From assembly GCA_054661495.1 (NCBI GenBank), contig BAAFSQ010000082.1, forward strand, positions 6,397 to 38,396: a stretch of 32,000 nucleotides of DNA, in the 5' to 3' direction. The position numbers and the translations under genes are program-made. This document shows positions 1 through 9,157 of the stretch, piece after piece; position 1 is the first letter of the stretch; the number at the start of each line of letters is the position of its first letter. The stretch comes from Zygophlyctis sp. KS116. Lineage: Eukaryota > Fungi > Chytridiomycota. Under the pieces are notes generated by a model, which did no database searches, was not told the DNA's origin, and saw only the letters and a list, made by a program, of their open reading frames with translations.

Positions 1-2847
1 TGAGAAGCTTCAGAAGATACGGGAGGATTGAAGAAAGTAGGAGCATGACGGCTCTCCACCCAATTCTCATTTGCAAGATAACGTAAAGGTTTCGTATCAC
101 GAGCATTACCTCCGGTAAGAGCCATCAATGCAATAAAGTCTTCAGCAGATATTTTGAATAACGGTTCTTCTGCGACTAGCCATTTGACTCCCTCAGTACA
201 TGGAGGAGTAGTTAAAGATCCGATGTATTTGTAAAACGTCGGTACTTCTTTAAGTTCAAGAACGAATTCATCATAATTTGGTAAAAATGGATGATGGCCA
301 TGAACGGGAATATCCACAGCATGACTAACTAGTTCAGCTATAAATTCAGAGGAGAATTCAGCCAATTCGACAAAAGCACCTATAACTGCAAGGTGATTCC
401 CCAGTTTATGAACAAAATGAACTTCTGCAACGAATTCTCTTCCTTCGACTCTATGTTCAGAAGGAGTATGAATATGCCACTGAAGCAAATTGAAGGCTCC
501 TTCAGGGCGAATATATTTTCCAGTTACTTTGTTAGGAACAAACTTAATCACATCCCCTAAATGCTTTAGTTCCCCAGAAGTATTAGGATATATCAGCCTA
601 GGCAATGCACCATGGTTCTCCAAAACTCCATGAATTTCTTCCATTTCACGAGATTCAACTAATCATTAACAAGTTGTATATATTACAGTTTATCGGAGTT
701 TGATACATTCCATTACATTGAGGAGCAGTAAGTCCCCAAAAGAGAGGACCTTCAAATCCTTCATAAAAAACTTCGTGTGATTGCTCTGCTGAGTGTTGCT
801 CCTTATGATGATCAACGTGAGGATTGAAAATTTCTAGTCCTTTTCTTTGAGAAACCCAGTCATAATCTGCATTATTTTTCAGAGGAAGGGTATCACGTGC
901 ATTAAAACCAATTCTTTCCAAAAACATTTTTATGTGTTCTGGAGAAATAGTAAAAATAGGTTCTTCGGCAATTAGCCACTTAACACCTTCGGTACAAGGA
1001 GGTGTTGTCAATGATCCAACGTATTTAAAATATTTAGGACTTTCTTTGAATTTTTTTACAACTTCGTCGTATATTGGATGAAAGTGCACATGGTCACCTT
1101 TCGTCATATTCAGACCAACTTCAAGAGCTTGAGCTAAGAATTCATCTGTCTTATCCGCAATCTGGACAAAGCCTCCTAAAACAGCCAATGAGTTATCAAG
1201 CTTATGGACAAAATGAATTTCTCCGGGAAAGTCTCTTCCCTCTACTCTATGTTCTGAAGGTAAATGAATATGCCACTGAATCAACTGATGAATACCGTCA
1301 GTTCGATATAACAAGCCTTGGTCTGCAGCAGTTGTATTGACTACAAACTTTATGGTGTCACCAATATGCTTTAGTTCACCTTCAGCATTTGGATAAAAAA
1401 TGTGCGGCAAAAGGCCTTTATTCTCGACAAGGCCACCAATCGCTTTAAAATCTGCCGATTCTGGCTCTATATCAATTGGAGTTTGACGATTTCCGGCACA
1501 TGCAGGATAATTAATTGACCATCTTTCCGGCCCATATAATCCATTATATTCCCAATCAGTTGATACATTGTAGCCCACACCTAAAGGTGGATTGTAGAAC
1601 TCTTGTCCTTTTCGATGTTGGGTCCAGTTTACATCTTCCGCAAAATGTAGAGGCTGAGTTTCTCGGGAATTAAATCCCCACTTCTCCATCATATGTTTGG
1701 CATCATCCGGTGAAACTGTATAGATTGGCTCTGAAGCAATTAGCCAACGAACGCCTTCCTAAAAGTGAATATTAACAAACGTACAGTACATGGCGGGGTA
1801 GTTAAGGACCCGACATAACGATAAAATTTGGGGGATGATTTCAAGGCACCAATTGTTTCTGTATAATTGGGAGTAAACGAAGCATATTGACCGTAATTTA
1901 AAGGAGCCATTGCCTTGATCATATTACTCAGGATCGAGCTAGTAACATTTCCTATTTCAATAAATCCTCCAATAACAGCCAATTCTTTTCCTAGCTGATG
2001 AACGACTACAATTAATATAAATGAAAAAAGTACAATGAATCTCAGCGACATAATCTCGTCCTTCAACTCGATGCTCAGATGGTGTATGAATATGCCATTG
2101 AATCATATTATACTGTCCATCATTATGGGTATAAGTAGCATCTAATTTGCTGGGGAAGAACTTCACAACATCTCCAACATGTTTAAGTTTACCGGCAGAG
2201 TTAGGGTATGATATTTGAGGTAAAAAGCCATTATTATTAAGGACTCCGTGAATTTCTTCTGAAAAATGAGAACCCTCTTCAGGCATAACTTAAAATTATT
2301 AAATAGAAAGCATACTGTCTATTGGAGTTTGGTATTTTCCTTTACATTGCGGGAAACTTATTCCCCAACGTTGAGGACCTTCAATCCCTTCATATCCCCA
2401 TGGTTGACCATGTTTACAATAAGGAGATTGCAAGAAAATTTGCAATAGCTTACTGTTGATCCAAGCTCTTTTTGCAACTTTTCCGGCTGATTTAGATGTA
2501 TTATATGTTTTAGCAGCGGCAATCGCATCTTCTGCCAGCTTGCTTGAGGAAAATACATTTTCATCTATTGGTGTTATTAATAATTTTAATACATAAACGA
2601 AGTGCATATGATTTATGAGCTGGACACTCTTGGGCAAATTGGGAAGAATTCGATAATTTCAACTGATCCAAAAAGTCTCCTAATTGTGAATTTGGAATAA
2701 ATTACTTGCTTCATGCATTACGCGTTGATATCTCCATACTCGGCGTGCTACGACTTTAGCTTCATATTCAGTTGAATTAGTTCGATTTTGAGCTGCAGCG
2801 GTAGCTATTAGCAATCCAAGAATATAGATTGCCTTTGAGAGCAACAT
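1..2847 (-). CDS. Secreted multidomain alpha-carbonic anhydrase (CA-1; at least 3 tandem CA domains; 3' end runs off the window)
   Basis: ATG 2847 gives signal peptide MLLSKAIYILGLLIATAAA. Hand-spliced GT-AG introns 2680-2705, ~2565-2592, 2289-2315, 2006-2033, 1759-1784 and 659-686 give one frame. Each of three domains has Q[ST]PI[DN], QWHIH..SEH, E[IV]HFVH and GSLTTPPCTEGV.W. No stop before position 1. Confidence 0.9.
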
Positions 2848-2857
2848 AATTTATTGT

Positions 2858-2913
2858 ACGCGAGTAAATCAACGCGTAAATGGGCGCGTTCAATGTGACG
2901 TAATTGATCCTTG
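2858..2913. promoter_or_regulatory. CA-1 proximal promoter module: three CGCG boxes plus TGACGTAATTGATCCTT
   Basis: ACGCG 2858, ACGCGT 2872, GCGCGT 2884, TGACGTAA 2896-2903; the same architecture occurs upstream of all four CA genes. Confidence 0.65.
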
Positions 2914-2996
2914 TTTACTTTTACTTAAAGGTAATCATCCACCTCTCAAATGAACTGCAACAAACTTTGGGAAGAAAAGATCATTTATTTCAAGAC

Positions 2997-3941
2997 TTAA
3001 GACATGTAATAATCTGATTTTCGATTAATAGCCCAGTTAGGATCAGCTGGCATATACAGTGGCATGGTATTTCTGTAATTTGCAATAAGCTTCGATTTTA
3101 AGATATTAAAGTCAGCTACAGAGATTGTCAATAATGCATCGTCTGGAGATAAAACATGCCACTTAACGCCTTCCTATCTAATCAAACTTGTTAATATTAC
3201 AGTGCATGGGGGTGTCGTAAGAGATCCGGTATAACGATATATTTTTTTGGCCTTTTTAAATAAGGGTTGGATTTCCGAATAGTCTGGTTTATAGCTAACA
3301 TATGCCTCATGAGCAAGATTTTTTCCAGCCTTATATTAGGTAATCATATTTTTACATTAATCAACTGAGCAACAAATGGTGAAGAGACAGAGCCAACTTG
3401 GATCATGATTCCAATAACAGCCAAAGCAGTTGCATTTCTTTTTTGGTGAACAACTATTACTAAGATCAAAAATACTATTACAGTGAATCTCGGCAGCATA
3501 TGCTACTTTATGAATTCGATGTTCAGATAAGGAATGGATATGGAACTGAATCATATTGTAAACTCCATCTGGGCGAGTAAAAATGCCATCGTTTCCAGCA
3601 GACCCTGGAATATATTTCCAGGTATCGACAATATTTTTCAATTTACCTCCAGTAGTTGCGTTATAATTTGTTTCTGGCTTTGTTCCGGCAGCATTATCAA
3701 AGATTCCACTGATATTTGTTGCGAATGCAGCTTCCTCTGGATCGACTATGAACAATTATATTTCAAAGAAAATACTATTGATGGGGGACTGATATAATCC
3801 TTGGCACACACCTTCCTGTTCAAATCCCCATCGGGCCGGTCCAGGCAATCCTAGATAATTAAGTTATATCTATTTACCATTGTAAAGATCATCGGCAGAA
3901 ACATAAGTAAAAAGAAAAAGAGCAAAAGATAAGGAGAACAT
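2997..3941 (-). CDS. Secreted single-domain alpha-carbonic anhydrase (CA-2)
   Basis: MFSLSFALFLFTYVSA-DDLYNGLPGPARWG; QSPIN, QFHIHSLSEH, EIHFVH, GSLTTPPCTEGVKW; five short GT-AG introns (e.g. 3851-3877, 3746-3775); ends RKSDYYMS* with TAA at 2997-2999. Confidence 0.9.
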
Positions 3942-3961
3942 TATAAAACTGACTACTCTAA

Positions 3962-4005
3962 CCGCGACGCGAATAAGAAGCGCGTTGAGATGACGTAACA
4001 GATCC
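3962..4005. promoter_or_regulatory. CA-2 proximal promoter module
   Basis: CCGCG 3962, ACGCG 3967, CGCGT 3981, TGACGTAAcaGATCC from 3991, 50 nt from the ATG. Confidence 0.65.
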
Positions 4006-4061
4006 CCAAATTCAAGTCTCAAAGAGAAATTAAAATTTTAGTAAAAGAATTTACTTCGAAT

Positions 4062-5013
4062 TTAAGCGTAATAATCCGACTTTCGGTTTGTGGCCCAATT
4101 ACTGTCAGATACATAGTAAAGTGGCTGAGTCATTCTAGAATTGAATGGCATGACGTTTTTCAACGATTTATAGTCATCAGGGGAAATTGTCAAGAATACT
4201 GAAGAGGCAACATGCCACTTTACGCCCTCCTAATTTTTAATGTAAAACTTATACAGTGCATGGAGGAGTAGTTAGTGATCCGGTATATCTAAAGATTTTT
4301 GGGCTGGCTTTCAATCCTGAAATTACTGAAGAGTAATTGGGAGAAAAACTGGCGTAGGCTAATGGAGCCAAGTCTTTTCCTGCCTAAAATCAATAATTTT
4401 GTTGAATACATTAATAAAAGCAGATGTAAATGGATCGGTAACGTTAGCAAAATCGACAAACACTCCGATAACCGCAAGTTCACTTCCTCCTTGTTTTTTA
4501 TGAACAACTTTTAAATTAAAATATAAATACTTTTTACAGTGGAATTCTGCTGCAAAAGATCTGCCATCAATTCGATGCTCTGATGGAGAATGGATATGGA
4601 ACTGGATCATGTCATAAACTCCATCGGGTCTTGTGAAGTTTCCATCTGGTATAGTCACACTTCCGGCTGGATAAGTAGGGTAGTATTTTAGTTCCTCTCC
4701 TAAATTCTTGAGTTTTCCAGTGCCAGTTGCAGACCAGGCGACATTTGGAAAACTTCCATTGTTGGTCATGATCCCATTCAAAGTAGTACCGAAATGAGTG
4801 TCAGCTAATTCGACTACAGTTAAAGATTAAATATGTACAATTGATTGGGGATTGCAATCTGCCTAGGCATTGATTGGAACCGTATTTTTTTTCCTGTCCC
4901 CAACGAGCTGGGCCATATAATCCTTTCTAATTAAAATTAATGCGTGTACCATTATAAAGATCATCTGCATGGACACAGCTTAAAAGTAGCAAAATAGAAG
5001 TTAAAGATATCAT
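4062..5013 (-). CDS. Secreted single-domain alpha-carbonic anhydrase (CA-3)
   Basis: MISLTSILLLLSCVHA-DDLYNGLYGPARWG; QSPIN, QFHIHSPSEH, EFHFVH, GSLTTPPCTEGVKW; short introns at the same positions as CA-2; ends RKSDYYA* with TAA at 4062-4064. Confidence 0.9.
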
Positions 5014-5039
5014 ACTAGGTTCTTTCAGTAAGAGTTGAT

Positions 5040-5100
5040 ACGCGACTAAGCGCGCATAACGCGACGCGTTTAATGCTACCTGTGACGTAATTGATCCTTG
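5040..5100. promoter_or_regulatory. CA-3 proximal promoter module
   Basis: Four CGCG cores (5041, 5051, 5060, 5065); TGTGACGTAATTGATCCTTG at 5081-5100 is identical to 2894-2913. Confidence 0.65.
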
Positions 5101-5191
5101 CCTTCAACATGCACTGCTATGAATTCTTTAAGGTCATGATTTACTGATAAAATATATTCCAGATTCAGGAAAAAAAGAATTTTATTCTTAT

Positions 5192-6128
5192 TTAGGCGTA
5201 ATAATCAGACTTTCTTTTCACATTCCACTGTTGATCACCAACATAATAAAGAGGCTTTGTTAATCTAGCATTGAATGGCATAACCTTCTTCAATGCATTA
5301 TAATCACTGGGGGATATCTTTAAAAAAACATCTGAAGCAACATGCCATCTGACTCCCTCCTAAAATATAAAACTTGAAAAATTACCCAGCATGGTGGAGT
5401 TGTCAATGATCCCATGTAGCGATAGATTTGTTTACTGGCTTTTAACCCACTTATTACAGTGGAATAACCAGGCGTAAAAGATACATTAGCATGTTTAGCC
5501 AAGTTTTTTCCAGCCTATTCTTTAAAACCAAAGCATTCTTACATTAACAAAGGCAGCAGTGAATGGGTCTGACTGGCTGTCAAGATCCACAAATGCTCCA
5601 ATAACTGCAAGTTCACTTCCTCCTTGTTTTTTATGAACAACTTCTTGGTTAATCACTATCAATTTTACAGTGGAATTCGGCTGCAAAAGATCTGCCATTA
5701 ACACGATGCTCTGATGGAGAGTGGATGTGGAATTGTATCAAGTCATAAACTCCATCGGGTCTAGTAAAAGTGCCATCCGGAGAGCTGGGGTAATATTTAA
5801 GTTCCTCGCCAAGATTCTTGAGTTTGCCGCCAGCATTTGCAGTCCAGGCAACATTTGGAAAAGTTCCATTGTTAGTCATGATTCCATTCAAAGAAGTGCT
5901 GAAATCAGCATTTTCTGTTTCAACTGATTATTAAGGATTGAAGAAACTTTTACTATTGATTGGTGATTGGTAACTACCATGACAATCGTTAGGGCCAATT
6001 CCATCTGCGAAACTCCATCGTGCAGGTCCGATTATTCCTATATAATTAATTCGAATGCATTCACCATTGTAGATGTCATCAGCGACAACACTGCTAAAGC
6101 TCAAGCCCAAGATTATTAATGAAATCAT
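5192..6128 (-). CDS. Secreted single-domain alpha-carbonic anhydrase (CA-4)
   Basis: MISLIILGLSFSSVVA-DDIYNG..GPARW; QSPIN, QFHIHSPSEH, EFHFVH, GSLTTPPCWEGVRW; conserved short introns; ends RKSDYYA* with TAA at 5192-5194. Confidence 0.9.
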
Positions 6129-6143
6129 CTCAGAAATGATATA

Positions 6144-6175
6144 ACGCGTAAAGGATCAATGACGTAATAGATAAG
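6144..6175. promoter_or_regulatory. CA-4 proximal promoter module
   Basis: ACGCGT 6144-6149; AAGGATCAATGACGTAA 6151-6167, whose reverse complement matches the CA-1/CA-3 element at 15 of 17 positions. Confidence 0.65.
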
Positions 6176-6287
6176 TATGAGTCGATTAATTTATTATATT
6201 GATCAAGATGAGTATGATGTCCTAATTTAGCAAAAAAAATGGTTTATAATGACTGGTTAGATTTTAGAATCTAGATTTTAATTGTGA

Positions 6288-7443
6288 CTAACTTACACTC
6301 AATTCAATGTCTGGAACGGTCGCAGGGGTTTGATCTTTGTTATCTTGGAGTCTATCAGTACTATTGATCAGATTCTTTTGAGCTTCTGGAGCTGGATCAG
6401 CTTTATACATCTTGATGTAGTTTAAAAAAAGTATCATTGCTGCAGCAGATACTAAAAAAAGTGCCCAAAAAAATCCAAGATAATCTGCTGTACAGCCGAT
6501 TGGAGGGGAACCAGGCTGAACATTACGAATAGCTGGGAGTGCGAATATCATACTAGTTCCTACTCCCAGTGTTGGAGGCTCAACCTTTCTTCTTCGTATA
6601 CAGAGAGTAAAAGCCAACCAAAACATGCTAAGAGAAAGCAGCCACATTAACGATGCAATAAATAAAGAGAAAAATCTTTGGGTTGGGCCTCTGTATATAT
6701 TAACTTCCACAATTAGAATTTGAAAATTATCATCAGAAGCGTCCCGTAATGTTGTCGCCATTTGCCATCCTTCTAAATTATTCATTATTGAGAGTGACAT
6801 TGGTACTTTAGAACTAGATATTTATTATAATATTATAATTACCTTTCATTTTTAAAAGTATTGGTCCAAGAGCCTGATAAAATAAAATCCGCAGAGTACT
6901 CATCAAAAGGATAAAAATTTGGATTTCCTGATTTGAAAGTAAATGTGATGTCTGGAGATGACATCATTTGATTTGATTTGAAATTCTCTGTGATTGCATC
7001 AAAATTAAATGTAATCTATAAATAAATTCTCCATAATCATACCTGTCCATTCGGTGTCCGATCAAGACCATCTAGATTATCTCTCATGTTACCCCTTGGA
7101 AAAAGTCCAAAATGAACTCTATATGTAAGTAATTTTGTATCCAGACTTGTTAGATTTCCATAAATCGCTAATCCCTTGCATTAGATCTATACTAAATTAC
7201 AGTAAAATTGTCCGGTATATCCCAATTTTTAATTCGATTGATTGACGTAAAAGTCCCAATTCCTAAATTGCTTTGCTTCCCATAAGCAACAAGAATTGAT
7301 AATATAGTTGTCAGCATTAAAAATCCCAAAACGATTACTAAACTCTTACTGAATTTCTTAATCTTTGGAGTATTAAATTCATTACTGATCGCCGCTAGAT
7401 TTTCTTCACTAAATCTTATATATTTATTTCTAAAAGCATTCAT
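6288..7443 (-). CDS. DUF4436-type membrane protein with Pro-loop pentameric ligand-gated ion channel-like motifs
   Basis: Introns 7175-7200, 7016-7042 and 6814-6842 join ORFs 7192..7443 and 6288..6800. The protein has an N-terminal TM, then SLDTKLLTYRV, NFYPFDEY, NIYR, and three hydrophobic helices with MIFALPAIRNVQPGSPPIGCTAD (DUF4436-like signature, recognised from memory). Confidence 0.8.
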
Positions 7444-7483
7444 TAAATAAGGAATTTTTAGAAAACGTCATCGAATGAAGTCA

Positions 7484-8197
7484 TTAGACCATCATCGGAA
7501 TCCATTTCTTGAATCTTTTTGGCGTATCATATCTTATCTTATACCATTTCCACTGCTCTGTGGCAGATAAATGTAAATCCACAATAACCCAAATTAAAAC
7601 CAGCAATGAAATAAAATGAAATTGAGACATGATCGTCATTCCAAAATACAAGATCACTTCAAAAAAGTAATGTGGGCATGCTGTATTTGAGAAATATCCT
7701 TGATTAGGCAGGGGATACTTTTGTTTAGAGCAGTGTAATTCTCTTAAATAAGAATGAGCCATGAATTGTTCTATAGTCCCAAACAGCCATATTGAACCTC
7801 CCAACAGTAAATTCCTACTTGGAATGATATCCCAAGCCCAACTTGTATGTAAATAATATAAAATTCCAATCATATAATGAGTAATATGCATTTTTGACTC
7901 TGATCTTTTCGAAACAAGACATTCATAGAATCGTCTGACACAGTGAATCAAGAACAGCAAAGTAACAATCGGCTGATCATACCGTTTCCAGACTAGAGCG
8001 ATCAAACTAGAAAATATCCCAACTATATAGAAATGTAAAAACCAGAATTTAGGAACCAAGTACTTCCTATCATGATCTACCAATGTTTTCCCAAACGGAA
8101 AGAATATATCCTTGAGAATTGGAATATTTGATATAATCAAAACCGAAATTGTGGCACCAGAGTAAAACAGTGCTAACCAAAAGTGTAGAAAATTCAT
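7484..8197 (-). CDS. DFG10: Polyprenal/polyprenol reductase (steroid 5-alpha-reductase family, DFG10/SRD5A3-like)
   Basis: Multi-TM ORF with VPKFWFLHFY, HCVRRFYEC, MHITHY, CPHYFFEVILY and WKWY; intronless. Confidence 0.85.
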   Translation of the reverse strand: MNFLHFWLALFYSGATISVLIISNIPILKDIFFPFGKTLVDHDRKYLVPKFWFLHFYIVGIFSSLIALVWKRYDQPIVTLLFLIHCVRRFYECLVSKRSESKMHITHYMIGILYYLHTSWAWDIIPSRNLLLGGSIWLFGTIEQFMAHSYLRELHCSKQKYPLPNQGYFSNTACPHYFFEVILYFGMTIMSQFHFISLLVLIWVIVDLHLSATEQWKWYKIRYDTPKRFKKWIPMMV

Positions 8198-8209
8198 TTT
8201 ATTATAAAA

Positions 8210-9088
8210 CTAATCCGTTACAGTCAATGGTTTCTCTAATTGAATAATTTCTCTACGAATTCCATCTACAGAAACAAAAACTGTCGAGATCTTCCAATTT
8301 TGAAAGACTCTTCTGATATGATTTAAAAACATTGTTAATGATCCTGAACATCCAAAATACTGATATTTAGCAGCTATTAATACTTTTCCTCCTGGTGATA
8401 AACAATGATCAATTAATAAAGTTTGACTATTATAACTAGATGAATCATAAATAGTTTCTGAACTTAGAATCAAATCATATTTTTGAGTCAATTCCATTGA
8501 TAATGATTCCCAATCCCCTGCCCAAAATTCTGCATTCTTTAAATTCTTTATAGATAATAAGTGTTCAAATATTCCATTATCAAAATTAACCTTTATCTCC
8601 TGATCTGTATTTAAAATAGCATTTGGTAGAGTAGCATGAGTTAAAACCTGAATATTATAATCTTGAAATGTAACACTAGCATTATTCATTAAAGCATAAA
8701 TCCCAGGTAATCCCGATCCACATCCTAATTCAAGTACTCTGATCCCATTTAAAGAGTCAGGATCTAAAGCCAAATATCTTGTTAAATCTAAGCAACATTC
8801 CCAAGTTTTAAATCCGCCTTGATAGACTAGAGGAATAATATCATTAGATTGCAACATCTCAACAGTCTCTTGATCATCAACAGTCGAAAGTTTAATGTCT
8901 GAAATCATTCGCTTGATCATTATGAGATTATTTGAAATTGAAATCGGCTCCGACTCTACTATTATCTCTGAATCTTGAAAGGAGTTTATATTAAGCATAA
9001 TGCATGGTAAGGATTTGACTGTCATATTTTGTCCGAATGCATCAGAGTCTCTGGTAATTGGATCTGACTCCGACTGAAACAAGAGCAT
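8210..9088 (-). CDS. HPM1: Histidine protein methyltransferase 1 (HPM1/METTL18-like)
   Basis: VYQGGFKTWECCLDL, SAM motif VLELGCGSGLPG, FQDYN, YDLILSSETIY, AAKYQYFGCSGS. Confidence 0.85.
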   Translation of the reverse strand: MLLFQSESDPITRDSDAFGQNMTVKSLPCIMLNINSFQDSEIIVESEPISISNNLIMIKRMISDIKLSTVDDQETVEMLQSNDIIPLVYQGGFKTWECCLDLTRYLALDPDSLNGIRVLELGCGSGLPGIYALMNNASVTFQDYNIQVLTHATLPNAILNTDQEIKVNFDNGIFEHLLSIKNLKNAEFWAGDWESLSMELTQKYDLILSSETIYDSSSYNSQTLLIDHCLSPGGKVLIAAKYQYFGCSGSLTMFLNHIRRVFQNWKISTVFVSVDGIRREIIQLEKPLTVTD

Positions 9089-9157
9089 TATACACTAACC
9101 CTGAAACCAAAAGTTGATTTCTTTCAAAAGAGTTTTACCATCCAAAGATCTACTCTA

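Noticed and set aside
1740-6128. Fragmented CA ORFs read as pseudogenes, or as evidence of a non-standard genetic code
   Set aside because: The breaks I traced are repaired by short GT-AG introns at positions shared between paralogs, and the catalytic motifs are intact.
7243-7250. TGACGTAA as a fifth copy of the CA promoter module
   Set aside because: It lies inside coding exon 1 of the channel-like gene, with no GAT flank at the conserved spacing and no CGCG boxes.
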